Assembly: GCA_965153455.1 (NCBI GenBank)
Contig: OZ234493.1
Location: 28,324,213 to 28,388,212 of the forward strand
Source: Sphagnum compactum
Lineage: Eukaryota
Reading direction: 5' to 3'
DNA length: 64,000 nt
Each line of letters opens with the position of its first letter. The first letter of the stretch is position 1. The notes under the pieces are model-generated. The model searched no databases and was not told where the DNA came from. It was given only the letters and a program-made list of their open reading frames with translations. Position numbers and translations under genes: made by a program. Of the stretch, positions 36,721-51,023 are shown one piece after another.

Positions 36721-38822
36721 CCTAGCCTAATTTAGAAACTACGAGGCTAACTTGGTGAATTAATTATTAATGAAATCAACTAACTATGTTCATAACAATT
36801 AGACGTTATTTAGTAATGGGTTGATCACTTTCACCATAGTAAATTTGTTCAAGTTTGAACTCAAAATCTATTGAAAAACAAAGTGAAGTTAGCCACATAT
36901 TGTAATAGTGGTTCCACTATTGTAGAAACATTGTAAGATGAACTCATGGATTCAAAGTAGCACACACCTTGGTCCATTAAACCTATAATGCGATGACATG
37001 ATAAAAGAACAATAAAATGGATCTTAATCATCTCATAACCTTATTTATATATCCATTCAAATCAATGTGCAAGAATTTCATTATGCATATATTTTGCAAG
37101 CACAATATTCTAGGAATGTGGGCGTGATTATATCTTGTTGAACATTAAGGTGACTATTTCTAGCATATTGGATATTTGACATCATCTTATTTTTATTTTC
37201 AATTTACATGATCATTTAGCCAAACTTGGATATAAACTAGATATGAAAATAATTGAATATATGAACATATTATTATAATGTTGACCCAACCTATGGACAC
37301 TTAATATAAAAATCTAACAATTATTATTATGATTATTATTAAAAATCTAGTGATTGAAGATGCGCAAAAATAAATAAATAAATATTTTAAATTTTTAAAT
37401 TTTAGCATATAAAATGAAGGATGTAAGTTGTTAATTCATGCATTACTAGTCTTTGCAATAGAAATATAATGTGTAAATGTGAGGGTAAGTATTATGAACT
37501 AGGTATTCAACATTCATTATTGTGAATTTGACAACAAATTTTAACATGTCACCCACTTAAATGGGGTGCAAGAGTGCCAAGACAAAAATGGATGACTTGC
37601 TACAACTTATATAGCTTACATAGTCAAGCAAAAGGTAACAAACACATACCTCAAAATTTACATTCAAAATAATTCAAACACATTGAAATTGTGTATATTT
37701 AAGAAGTGTGCCTTGAATTTTGGATTCTATATGTACAAAATCAATAAATATTAGTGATATCATTTGACAAACTTGGGAGTACATCACTTGCATATGTTCA
37801 TCAACACATGGCATGGACATAAATGACCTAATAACATTATTAGTAATATGTTATGATTTCAATTGTTGTGAATAGTGATGGTTTAGCATATGGTGATTGA
37901 CCAAGGTCACCCTACAATGACTTTAACCTAAAGATTAAGGGGTTCAAGGTTGGATTGTCTTGATCCAATAACCAATGATGTAAAATTTGATTATGTGATT
38001 ATCAAAGGTAAAGCTTTGAACACCCCCATGGTCTTTTCACTTATCTAATGATTTCATGAAGCATTTCCACCATGGTGAAATCCATGGAGAAAATTTCTCT
38101 CTTTCACATGGCCATACTTTATTCACTCTTGTTGGAGTGAATCACACATTAGAGTGCAAATTTCACCACTTCAAATATGTGAACATTCATAACCAATTTC
38201 AATGTCATTCTACTTCTTTCTTTCATGGGTGTTCTTTTGAGTTCTATCAAATGCTATGCCATTTTGTTCTTTTGAAAAAAATGCTTGTTAAGATGAGTTG
38301 CATGCCCAAAAGTTGTGATGCGAAGAGTTAACACTCTCAAATTGTAATTGTGATTTTGAGTTTTTGGTATGAAGAGTTGGGTTGCAAAAAAGGGTTGCAA
38401 AGGGTTGCATGCAAATGCTTTTGGTGATGAAGTGAAAACAAAAACAAAAACCAAACCCCACTCTCCCATTTAGTACAAAAATTTCCTCCGATCTCTAAGG
38501 ATGAGAAAGTGTTCATGAAAGACCTTTCAATCATAGTGACGCAAAGCTCTACTTTCAAGAACAGTTTTGAATAATGGATGGTTCCATAAGCAAATCCAAT
38601 CATACGCGGGCAAGTGGACATTTGAGATACTCTCTTATTGGAATAGCAATTGATCATCACAAATAGATAATCAGAAGATCATCAAAAGAACCTTGAATCT
38701 AAGTCATTCCCCCCATATTGAAGTTTTGGCCCTTGGGTATGATGAGATCTCTCTTCTGCTACAAAGACAAAAACAGCAGCGTCTGGGACCTTAGAATTTG
38801 GCATTAGAGTCTCTTCGTCACC

Positions 38823-41800
38823 ATGTGGCTCCTCTTCTGTCTGCTGCTGCTGCTGCTGCTGCTCCTGCCTCTGCTGTTGCTCCTCCTCTTCTTTGCCAGA
38901 GCCGACGGTAAGCAAAATCCGAACACCCAATTGCGTCGGGATATGGGTTGTGTGAGCTTGATAGATTTCAGCCAAAATTTTCACGGGTGTGGAGATTTTA
39001 ATGAAATCTGCACCGAGTGAAACTGTAGTTGGTTCGTGCAACTCTTTCTGGTTGAAAGCCAACAACACCCATAGATTGGAAAAAAAACCCTTTGAAGGAA
39101 TTTCAAGCTATGGGTGGCTTGCAATCATGTTTGTTGTCTTCTTCATCTCAAATGTTTTAGGGTTGAGATATTGAAGCATTGTTAGTTTTCCAGCAATAGA
39201 TAATAAACCCTAAACCCTAATACGATACACTTCATTTCCTTATGTTACCTATGTTTGTGGGCAATTTTCATTCACAGGGGATTTCACACTCATGAGTAAG
39301 GGTCGAACTCCAACAAGTGCTGTTGAAGACAAGGTGCCCTCCCCTCTCTCTTCTCTCTCTCTTTTGCACACAAAAGGCTAGTACAGTCACAATTGGCAGT
39401 GACACTGTTTTTCATTGATTGTAATTTGACAAGAACAAAATTGGTTTTCGTGGGCTTGGGGATCATGACCCACCTTGAATGTGGTTTAGGGTTTTGCAAA
39501 TAATTCTTCCTCCACCAAGAAGAACAGTTGAGAATGCTAAAGAATGTGGGAATTCATCCATTTGGGCTGAGGGGTAGTGGCTCATGTGCAGGTGGTGTGG
39601 ATCACTGGGGCCAGCCAGGGAATTGGTACCCGAATTTGCCCTTATGAAGCTTCCTGTTCAGACTCTTAAATTTTCATACATGTTTTATCTCCTGACAATA
39701 AATCTTTTTACATTGTGGTTTCATGCATTTGAGATAAGAGATTCATTCACCTGCTTGAGATGGAGTGAAGCTTCAAAGTGAGACATTGCTTCTTGTGTGT
39801 ATGCATATAGTTTGTAATAGGTTCATTCTTGACCTAATTTTGAAACCTGTCGGTATAGTGCATATCATCAGCAGACTTATGACTTACTGAACTGATTTGT
39901 TACCTGCAGGAGAAGCACTTGCAAAAGAGTATGCTTGTCTAGGAGCAAAGCTGATTCTGTCATCACGGAGACCATTTGAGTTGGAGCGTGTCAAATCAGA
40001 GTTAGTTGGTAAAAGGGTTGCATCTGAGCTGTTGGAAAATGAGTTCCATTCTAAGTCAAGTGTTCTAGTTCATGGTCCTTGTAAGAAACATTGGGACTTC
40101 TATGTTTCATTGTGATGGATTTGGAGTATATGACTCTGATTGCTTCAGCTGATTGTGAGAACATTTATATTAGGAGATTGGATTGGAATATGAAGCATGT
40201 TGCAGAGCTTCATGTGGCCACCAGAGTGTCCCATTAGAACAAATTGAAAGTGTTACGAGTGGGCACAAGGTCTAGAGTTTTTACTGCAACAGAGGGAAAT
40301 TTTGCAGGAAAGCATTGTCCCAACGGTGTTGTAGTGTTGCCTCTGGATATAGCTTCGGATGTCACAGAACTCAAAGAAGCTGTGATGAAAGCTGAAACAG
40401 CTTTTGTTGGAGCGGGAGTTGATGTCATGGTGCACAATGCTGCTTCTCAACGCCCTGTAAGTTCAGTCTTTTTCTTGTGCACACCAGGCATGTACAACAA
40501 TCCTCAAACAGATTATTATTAGCTTGCCAATTGGCTCAACAATTATAAGCTTCCATTGCCTCTGCTGAGCACCAGTGAAACACATTTGTTCTCAGCTGGC
40601 AGCAGATGTCCTTCCTTCTCAGCTGAAATGTTGGTTGATTGTGCAAGGTTTTTGTGCCGTTGAAGCATTTCTGGTGAGATTAGGTGCCTAACTTGCTTCT
40701 ACCACTGGTGTGACATTGTGGCCATGTAGAATCGTCCTGCTTTGGAGATATCTGATGACATGCTCAAGGTTGGTAGCTTTTGTTCAAGTACAAGTTAGAC
40801 TTTCCTATGGAGTGCACTGTCTTTTGAATGAGTTCCAGTCCAACTAGAGTCAGTCAATCATCAGGAAGGTACTTCCAAATTTTTCTTAATTGATTGGAGA
40901 TTTGAAAGTCTGTGTTCAATTGCAAGTATTTCCATGAGATCTCAGCTAAACCAATCTCTCTGCAACTTGTGCAACACTTGGAAGTGTGGAGCACATGAAG
41001 ATCATATCCATGTAAGTGCCTGATTTTGGGATTTTGGGCACTGCCGGTGATTTATTGCAGGATAATTTTGAGGTGAATGTTCTGGGACCAATTCGTCTCA
41101 CACAGTTGCTGCTTCCAAGAATGCTACAACGAGGCAAAGGCGAGTTTCTTGTGGTGTGTAACCTCATCAAATGGACCTAGTTTCTTCTAACTGCCTGCTG
41201 AGACATGCCAAATATTCCAACAATTGACATAGAGTGATTAGGTTATTGGGTTAATGCTCAGTGGTGCAAGCACTTGGGCTACTATTTAGATGGTGGGTTT
41301 ATTCAGGTGAGCAGTGTGGCTGGCATAGTGCCTGCACCTGGCCAGTCTCTTTATGCAGCTACAAAACATGCTGTCAATGGTTACTTCCACACACTTCGTT
41401 CTGAGGTTCGCCCCTTGCCACTCTCTGGAGTCTATTGAGCAGAAGTGGTGCTGTTTTGAATTCAAGGCCAGCATGTTAATTCACACTAGAATCCTCAATG
41501 AGATACCTGTCACAAAAAGGATGTATTTTGGAACCCGCAAGGACTCATCTGGAGATCATGTGTTAAGCTGGTGGGTATTGCTAAACAGGTCAACCAACAA
41601 GGAATCAAGGTCACTGTGGTTTGTCCAGGGCCAACTAATACCTCAACACTGGCATCTCCAAACCCTGAGTTGGTAACCTTCTGACTGACCCAAAAAAAAG
41701 TAGCAAGAGGGGGTACTTCATTATTGCATTGTATGGCTTGAGATAACAAAACCAATCTGTTAGCAGTCCTTGTTTGCAACCTGCATAAAGAAGGATGACA

Positions 41801-42948
41801 GTATTATTTACAGGAACTTTCTGACTCGTAATGAGACCTAGATACTAGGCTATTTGCTTCTGACTTAACCTGCAAGCATGTCTGTTTGTTTGGAATCGAA
41901 GATATCAGCAACAAGATGTGCTGAGTTGATCTTGAAAGCAGCTGCCCATGGCATGAGAGAGGCATGGATCTGCAGACAGGTATGCATAACTATGGAACTT
42001 ATACACCTCAGTTAGGCTTATTGGTGGTGGATATGTTCATTGGTCTTTATGAGTTGTTTCCCTTTGTTTTCTTGGCCCCATTACTTTGTTGACAAGCAGT
42101 GCAAACTGAAGCAGGATTGAGTTGTCCCCTGAAGTCTGCTGCCTTTCTTCATGACTATCCTTATTCCTTTGTTATGCCAGCATATGTGCTAAACCAGGCA
42201 TATCAGTCTGAATTCCATAACAACAGCATTGACATGTTTCTGAATTGTATGGAGTGGGAAAGGAAAGTAAAACTTTTTTCAATACATGACAGGTCAATTA
42301 GCAGTAGAGATAGTTGCTGGATTCTTTGGTTATTAACATGGTTGCTGATACTCTTTCCAGCTTGTGCTTTTTTTCTTATATGTGATGCAGTATCTGCCTG
42401 CAATTGAGTTTGCTGGGATTCTTCAGTTGTTAACATGGGTGCTGATGCTCTTTGCAGCCTCTGCTTGTTTTCTTGTACCTGATGCAGTATTTGCCTGGAA
42501 TTGGCTTTGCCCTCGCCGACAGGGTATGTCCCTCCTGTTTTTGTCATACATGTAGTATATGCTTTCCATCAATCAAATAGTGTAAACCAAGTTTCAGTCT
42601 CAATTGCTAGTTTGCTCATAACAGACCATAATACTACACATTCTTTCTTCATATAAGCTTAGTGCACAAGATTACAAATCATGAAAATCATTGCTCTTTA
42701 TCAAACAATAGCATACCTATCATAATGTAAGACACTACTTGATGCTTGAGTTTGCTACAAACCAGGATGAACCTTTTATTAATATGGCTGCTAATTTCAA
42801 ATGGGTATAGGTAACTCATTGCCTGGCTTCATTCTCAATAGGCACTCCATTGATGTATAGCTGGAATTGAATACAGGTTGGCCCAAAGCGTTTGAAGATT
42901 GATAGGCAAGGTTCCCTCTCAAGTCTACTACTCAAAAAGAGCAATTGA
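38823..42948 (+). CDS. Short-chain dehydrogenase/reductase, DHRS7/SDR7-like, with N-terminal hydrophobic anchor, ~317 aa; exons 38823-38907, 39278-39333, 39592-39625, 39910-40008, 40308-40456, 40730-40768, 41061-41153, 41307-41405, 41589-41672, 41902-41979, 42458-42523, 42877-42948
   Basis: Spliced translation gives FARADGDFTLMSK, the Rossmann motif VVWITGASQGIG, VDVMVHNAA, catalytic S...YAATK, IKVTVVCPGP, RCAELILKAAAHGMREAWI and PLLVFLYLMQYLPG. Introns are GT-AG with consistent phases. The exon 10 acceptor (GAAG|ATA) is the least certain. Confidence 0.9.
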
Positions 42949-45535
42949 GATTACTTGGAGCTCTGCTGCACCAGTTGCACTCCGAGTCTAAAAGGATTGC
43001 TCCATTTGACCAGTCGATGGTGACTGATGGAAAGGGTATATCTTACAATAACAGCTTTGAGTTGCTCAGGAAACTGTCTTCCTAAAGATACTCAGTTTGT
43101 CTGCACTGAGAAGTGCATCTCAAGTGCTACCTTTTTTCTTTCAGTTACTACAAAAGACAGGACTGAACAATTTGTCTAAAAGGGAAGCAAGTATACAGGG
43201 AATGGAATGTATTTGTTGAAAGAAATATGCACAGTTTGCATGTCAAAAGAGCAGCTTTTGCCCCTTGTATGAAGTCAATGTGATGGGCAACAGCATAGAT
43301 TTGAATTAGACCCTTTGGGAATCATGCCCTGTTGTTGCCTTCTCTGAAAGAATTATCCACACACGTGGGAATGGACATAACAAGACAGAAAACTTGGTGG
43401 GTAAGGGACTCTCCCAAATGATTTGAGTGGTAGCCAACATTGTGTCTGGGCCTAGCACATGCTCCAGACACTAATTTCCTCTGTTCAATTGACTTCTCTT
43501 GTTTACTCCCTCCTGCCATTTGTCATCATTTTCACCCACAGCAGGATCTCATTCTTCCGAAGTACAATTTCTTGGAACTAAACAGCATTGCTATCTAGAG
43601 TTGAAAGGTCAACTGGGCCCCTCAGAAACTCCTTGACTTGGCAGCTGGGCCTGAGTTCATATACAAAAAATCAAGGCAGCACCAGGTAGTATAGCATGTG
43701 AGATTGTCTTCATGCTCCAATTCAGCTTGAATCCATTTGGCATTTGCCAAGCTCATCTGCAGATTCAATAGTGACTTGAGCCACCAGAGTTGATTCATCC
43801 ATTCCTCCCATGGCATCCAATACTTAGAACCCAAATGAAGGCTCTTTGTAGTATGGAATGAGAGATGGAAAGTCTTCCGTTTATTTGAACTTTAACTTTC
43901 TTTTAGAGATGGCTGGAGTGTTTGCCAAATTGTTTCAACACCGCCCTTTCATCCTGTGTGTGTCCAATGTGCCTTTCCCAAGACAAATCTAGTAAGTCTG
44001 CACATTGTGGTAAAGCTCCAGATAATTGTGCCTGAATATGCTAACCCATATTACCTTTGATTGCTGCAATTTGTAGACTGGAAACTTGTAAGGTTTCTTG
44101 TCCCTGTATACTTGGACTGGGCCAAATGGGATTGCACACACTACCTGCTTCAGTGCTGTGAAGACTGAAAACATGTTGCAATACAATTCCATAGCTTGGC
44201 TGCCAACCTGCTGAGGTGTCTCTAATCACAACTGCACAATTTCAAATCAGTAGCAAATATCCAAAATCTAAACCCCTCTCAAGCTCATAATTAGAACCAG
44301 AGCCTGCCACAAATAATCAAAAGCCTCATGCAACAGCAGAATAATTTGGGTCAGGTCACAACCAAACCCTCAACTTTCTTGCCCCTCAATAGACAAGGTC
44401 TGTTTGTTCTGACAGCTGGAAAGCAGAAGTTTTCCTCAGTACATAAGAGGGGGCTGTTGTGGTGCAGTTCTACGCTCTTTTCCATCCTATTCCTGTGACA
44501 GAAAGTTCGTGATTTATGGTAGAGTTTCAAATTCCAAGAAATTGCTAGTGAAAAAGAGTTGCACTGTTAAAGACCCATCAGTTCATCCTATTTCCTGGAA
44601 GAGACATCTAACAACACATGAGGCCCTTGTTGAACATGAGCAATTATGGTGCAGACTCTTGATGCAAAGTGAATCTTCTTTGTTGTGAATAGCCTAATCA
44701 AACAACAAACCTTGCTATTAAATCTGAGCATTAAAAAAAATGCTAATTAGTCAAGATCTGTAACTGAATTTCTGTGCTGTTGATCAATATACAAATGCTA
44801 CATCATTGCTCAACATCTCAAATGCCTTTGATTCAGCCCCAATCTTCAAATGAGAAGCTGAAATAAATAACAACACCAAGTACCCTTGATCTACAAATCA
44901 TGTCACATATTTAGCAATCCTTTCTTTCCAGACATCTTTTATGGTGGCAACTTCACTGTAAGACAGTATTGAATGGTCCAAATCCATAAGCAAAGTATGT
45001 TACAGAAAGTCAGGACACAACATATGGCTGTAAGTGGCTAACATACGCTATGCTACTGATGCACCAATGTGTCTACAACTAGTTCTCTTTTCAGCCATGT
45101 AAGACCCTTCCATCAAGTTCTGCTATATACAATCACCATCAAATTTCCAAACACTATCTTGTCTCTGAGATTAGCATCTCCAGAATTGAAACTGCAATAA
45201 AAATTCTCCTAAATGAAACACCAAAATACAGCTACCATGCATCACAACATTCACAGACAATAACAAACAGAATTTGTCACGACATGAATATAGTTCTTTT
45301 GCTGTGAGGAATTGAAAAGACACCCACTTCATATTTTCGAACGAGAGGCAGTCATCATAGCCTCTCTCACTGAAGTCCAAAACAAACTACCCCACTAATA
45401 TGCCCTGCATCATTGTGATGGCACATACCCTTCATCTTAAACCAGGATCATCTTTCCCAAACCCTACACCAATCATCAAGAAGCAACCAGGATCCCTCTG
45501 ATAGGACACCCACATTGTGTGCAACATGAAAGCAC

Positions 45536-46258
45536 TTATGCATAGTTGAGCCGGAAAATGTCATTGAAGACATAGAAGCTTCCCTGTGCTGTTGGAATCA
45601 GGTGGAACATCTGCAACAACAAAACCAAAACATAAAGTCTTCTAACTTCAAAAACCTCCACAACTTCTCGCATTCCACATGCCTCTTCCTGATCTAACTT
45701 TCCCTGGTGTCACAAACATTCCGAAAAACAAGAGATGGACAAATGACCAGAACATAGTACACATCAATCTGGAGGGTCTAAACCCTAATCCAGCCCCTCT
45801 CTGGTTTGAAAGACCGTGTAAGGAATCACATCACTCCAAATAAGAACAGAGACAGATGAATATGCAGATCTTATAGTATTTTCACTGCCAGATTTCTCTA
45901 CAGACAGAGACAGGAGCCCCCTCACCAGGAGCACGAGGCTCCCTGCCTTGAGAAACCCTACCTGACTGAATTTTAGGGCATGCTCCTCCCCTGGGAGTTG
46001 GAGATTGCCGCTGACGAATACGAGCATGCCGCCAGCGGGGCCTGAAGGCTGGCAGTCGACAGTTGAAATGTTGTGCTTGCACTGCTGGAACGGCAGACTG
46101 TTAAGCTTGTTGCTGATGTTCTGCGCACCCTGGATCTTCTCGCCTTCGAACGACAGCATGGAACTCTCCTGGTAGAGACCCATCAAGTTGAGTCTATTGC
46201 TGTCGAAAGTCGTGTAGTAGTGCTCTACGAAAGCCTTTGACAAACTGTCGGGATCCAT
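45536..46258 (-). CDS. NTF2: Nuclear transport factor 2 (RanGDP importer), 123 aa; exons 46258-45962 and 45610-45536
   Basis: MDPDSLSKAFVEHYYTTFD...TVDCQPSGPAGGMLVFVSGNLQLPGEEHALKFSQ|MFHLIPTAQGSFYVFNDIFRLNYA* is the typical plant NTF2 sequence and length. Canonical CAG|GTAGGG and TTGCAG|ATG splice sites. Confidence 0.96.
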
Positions 46259-46402
46259 CCCCCTCTACAACAAACAAGAAAGGCCACTGATCAGATCCCT
46301 CTCTGGCCCTGCTCTCCCCTCCCTAGTTTCTTGCGTGATCGCGTGCGGATGCAAAAGGCATACGCGACTCTGTCTGCGCTCGGAAGAAGAAAGAAGCGAA
46401 GT

Positions 46403-46412
46403 TTTAGGGTTT
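46403..46412 (-). promoter_or_regulatory. Telo-box (AAACCCTAAA) about 145 bp upstream of the NTF2 start codon
   Basis: TTTAGGGTTT on +. Telo-boxes near the TSS are established features of plant housekeeping and translation-related genes. Confidence 0.45.
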
Positions 46413-47829
46413 GGTGCGAATGCTGTGTAATTACGTTGTTACTCATTTACTGCGCGTGCTTCAAGTGTCAAAAAACTGATTACCAATTGTAACTTTTTGC
46501 CCTCTTTTACCACACATTCTTAGAACCAACCAGTAAGGATTTTGTGATGTGGCCAAAGTGGCGATCATCCAGAAAATACTTTAGCCAAATTTGGCTACAT
46601 ACTAATATGAAAGTAGGGAAAAAAAATAATTTAATCTTTCTATATTCTTGGCTACCTACCTACTGGAACTTATATAAGAAAACAATTTGAGAAGATTGTG
46701 TGCAATTTGGTGCCACCATAGTTGCCTTGGAGCTTGTTGAAGCTTTGGATTCAATTTGATCTCCAATGCTAGTTATTGCAAGTTGCAATTCACTATACAC
46801 AAGAGATGAATGCACAATACTACTCACCATTGGTCAGCAAATGTGTAGTAAATACTTTCAATCTTCAACCCCTTTGATTATGGTATTATAAGTTGTAGTG
46901 TGAAAGATGTGAAAAGTTGATAAATTATTTTTCATAATTCTCAATTTCAACATGTATACACAAATTAAAATCATATTTCTTTTTTCCCCAAATGGGACCA
47001 TGGTTGATCTAAAAATTGAAGTATGGTTCTCACTTCCCCACTAGGCCACCCACCAACAAACTTCCTACATGGTTTAACATATAAATTGTTGAACAATTGA
47101 TACACCTATGAATACCACTTGCATTTCAATAAAACCCATGTTGTCCTTGTAATTGTAAATGACTAGTTTACATGTCATGAAAAATCATGTAAGTGTAAAT
47201 TTTTACAATTAACACACTCAAGTTTTTTTATTTACACTATTCATTGGACATCTTTTTTTATTTACACATATAGTTGCACAATGTGTGTGCATATATATTT
47301 GAAATACACGTACGTATTGATTTGTATATTTTTTCATTGTGAAAATGTAAAATAATGATGCAATGTACCCTCATTCTACTTTAGTACCTTTACCCATAAT
47401 TAGAATTAGAAATTTCAAAAAAATCATTAATTGCCCTGCGAAAAGTTCCAAAAAAATTGATTTTAAATTGTCAAAATCTATGAATCACTATGTTCATCTG
47501 TCCATGAGCACCTCATGATCTTCACCATCACATAATTGTTATGTTTAGAGTTTTGAGCTTGATTAATGAAGTGTTGATGTTTTTTTTTGTCTTCTTTTCT
47601 TGATGATGTCTTAGTGTTTCTCACACACCACAAGGATGAAAACCAATGTGAGTCTGTACTTTTATAACTTGCTTATTAGTACTTACATAACTACCATAGG
47701 TTTTGCAATAATATGTTGAATTATTATTTTTTCACTTTTACCATGTGATTGATTGTAAGGCTGAAATGAAAAAAATGAAATTTCATATATGGTTATTTTA
47801 TGGCTCACTTAATAACCTTGCATTTGACC

Positions 47830-48400
47830 CATGCTCCTGGACTTTGGATGGTGGCATTAAATTAATTTATTCTTGTACACACCTATTCTTGGGAGGAACC
47901 TATTGAATAACAAATTGGTCTCTTTTGAAACCTACTGAAGCAAAATGGGGGTATCTATTATGTATGCAGGTCAAGTGGGCTTGGGCAAAAGGTTTGGAGT
48001 AAGGCGAGGACTAGAAAGGAAGTAGCTTTCATATGGTAATTTTAGCACCATGAAGTGGCAATCAATGCTTGGAGAAACTAAGATCAACTAGCTCCTTAAC
48101 AACCAATGCCCATTTTGTGGTGAAGGAATGATGGAAAATAGAAATTCACTGCTTATAGAAGTGTCCCCAAACACAACAAACCTGGCATTGGGCTATTACC
48201 ATTACTTTCATATGGTCATATGGTCATTCTTGGTTTATACACCAAATGGAATCCAATATGTGGAATTTACTTGTGGAATATGCCGTGATTGTTTGAAAAC
48301 ATGCCATAAAGCACTTGAGAAAGAGGTTTCCTTATTGTTTGAGTTTAACAAACTTTGGGGCTCTGGGCAATTGATTTGTTATAAAATTGGGAGGCGCATC
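47830..48400 (+). mobile_element. Non-LTR (LINE-like) retrotransposon remnant, zinc-binding (zf-RVT-like) region
   Basis: Around 48100-48195 the + strand reads NNQCPFCGEGMME / frameshift / IHCL*KCPQTQQTWHWA, the C-x2-C...E...H...C...W pattern of L1-type ORF2 C-termini. Boundaries are approximate. Confidence 0.55.
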
Positions 48401-48530
48401 ATATGGTGCCTTCATCAGCCCCTAGTTAGGGTTGGTTATGATCTGTTCCTTGCCCTGGGCCCAAAAGACTAGGAAAAGTGACAAGCTTTAATTATTCACT
48501 CGAATCTGCATCAAACCAACCAACAAGTTG

Positions 48531-50570
48531 CATAAATATCATCACGGATATGCCTACCTCAACGAGTATGACAAAGTTAAAAAGATTCCTAGGGGTAGCA
48601 GGTTTTTATCGATGATATTTTAAAAAATTTGCCGTTAAAGCCACCCCAATGTGCAAATTTTTGAAGGACACACTACTAGTGGGATGAGGCCTATGAAGAA
48701 TCCTTCCAATGGATGAAAACAACCTTGATTACATTACTAATACTCATTATCCCTAACTGGACAAGAGAATTCCATGTTCACACAAATGCATTGAATTATG
48801 TTATTGGAGCCATGTTAGTTCAAAACCCTAACAATACCATTGATAAACCAATTTATTATGCCAGCTAACTGATGATTAAAGCTGAGAAGAATTACTCAAC
48901 CACAAAAAGGGAGGCCCTTGCAATGATTTATGTTATTAAATGTTTTTGCCATTATCTCTTGGGAAATAGGTTCACATTTTTTGTAGACCATCAAGCCTTG
49001 ATCTACATTGTCAATAAACCAATTGTAACTGGAGGAATAACATGATCACTATTATTATTGCAGGAATTTAATTTCACAGTAATTTATAAATAAGGAAAGG
49101 TGCATTTTGTACCATACTAATTATCACATGCTAGAAATGGTGAACTTGTTGTTGGTGTGGAAGATTAGTTCCCTGATTTTACTCTTTTCTTATTAATTGC
49201 TGATTGGTATACACTAATTAAAGAATATCTACGCAAGGGGTATTTCGAAGATGATGTCCCTTAGGAGGAGTAAAAACGTTTCACCATAAAGTTAAGACCA
49301 TATACATATACACTTTATGGAGAAAATTATATAAATTAAGACTAAATGGCATTCTTTGGCAGTGTCTATCACCTACCAAAGCAAATGTTATCCTTATCGA
49401 ACTTCATGATGGGCCAGTAGGAGGACATTATGGTATAAACATTATCGTTAAAAATATATTTACAACAAGTTACTAGTGGCCGATAGTTCAATGGACGTGG
49501 TTGAATTCTGCTAGTCTTGCAACATTTGTCAAAGATTAACACTTATGTATAGAAGTAGCAAGGGTCCACTACAACCATTTTTTGCTTTTGAATCACTTAT
49601 GAAATGGGGCTTGGATTACATGGGTCCAATCAAACCTCCAACACGCTATACTGGAAACCAATATATTATAGTTGCTACCGATTACATGACAAAATGGGTG
49701 GAAGCAAAAGCATTATGAGATAATATAGCCATAAGCACTATGAAATTTCTCTATGAAAACATTATTACACGATTTGGTTGTCCTACCCACTTAATTAGTG
49801 ATCAAGGGAACCATTTCATAAACATCTCCATCAAATTATTAATGTAAGAATTTACGATTACACATCATAAGTCCACCACATATTATCCTTAAGGAAATGG
49901 TTAGGCAGAATCAACCAATAAGACGTTAAAGCAAATATTAATGAAGTTGGTAAATGCTAATCAAAATGATTGGGACGTAATGCTACCTACCGCATTATGG
50001 GCTTACTGAACTGCATATAAGGTGTCCACACAACATACACCATACGAATTAGTATATGGGTTAATGCCATTATTACCTACCAAATTCATAGTCTCAACCA
50101 ACCAAACACTTGTTGAAAAGGATGGAAGTTGGATGAATGCATTATTAGTTCAAATGGAAGATTTAGTTTTGCTTAATGAAAAAAGAATTATAACAGGAAA
50201 AAACATTGATTACATCCAAATATTAAGAAATCATCAGAGGGATGATAAAAAACAATTAAAGAAATTCAAAGATGGAGATTTGGTGTTATGGCTTCCAAAG
50301 GATCCAAAAATTAAGGAAGGGAAATTCCTTTTTACGTGGATTGGCCCGTTTCAAGTAAAGAAGGCTTGTAGTAACAATATTGTCCAATTAAGCACATTAA
50401 ATGATGAAGATATAGCATTGGTGAACGTCAATAAATTAAAAGCTTACCAAAATTCAATCATTACGGTTGCCACATTCACAATAATCACGCAAGACAAAAA
50501 TAGAATCTTGCCGAATGGAATACCAAGAAGAATAATTAGCGAAAGGATGCAAATTTATGAACGTTTTTAA
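48531..50570 (+). mobile_element. Degenerate Ty3/gypsy pol fragment: RT C-terminus, RNase H and integrase (inverted relative to the rest of the element)
   Basis: Translates, with stops and frameshifts, to INIITDMP...LKRFLGVAGFYR; RNase H EFHVHTNAL...IGAMLVQ...PIYYAS...EKNYSTTKREALAMIY...FVDHQAL; integrase H-x6-H...C-x2-[30 protein letters not shown], and the GPY/F motif WIGPFQV. Confidence 0.92.
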
Positions 50571-51023
50571 GTTAAATGAATGGAAAGGTGAGGCACAACA
50601 CAATAAGAATTACAATGGCGAAATTATTACAACCTTACCTAAAAAGTGGATTAGGGTTCATAAACACCAAAAAAGTGACATGACCATTCATTATGACACG
50701 ATAGTTAAGCTAATTTCTAGGACAAGAATAATTCCACCTCATAAACCTTTATGGCCATTAGTTTCATACCTAACTCATCAAGAAAAGAACCTCTTACAGA
50801 ATTTGCAACAATAGTTTCGACGTCATGGGAAGTTATTACCTAAGGAAAATAATTATTTGAATGATTAAAATGAATGTTCCGCAAAAGCCAAATTGGATGA
50901 TCTCCGAGCCAATTATTTCGTAAAGCAAAAGAAAGATCGAGCAGAAGAGCAAGGAATTTTTGTAGTAGTGAAAAGGAGAGAAGGGAAAGTGGTGCAAGGA
51001 GTGGAAGATAGCAACTAATGTAT

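Noticed and set aside
50970-51023. Purine-rich tract as the PPT making 51024-51644 the element's own 3' LTR
   Set aside because: The tract does not abut the TG, no matching 5' LTR is visible upstream of gag, and the repeat looks less CpG-decayed than pol. A secondary insertion is more likely, though the alternative is not excluded.
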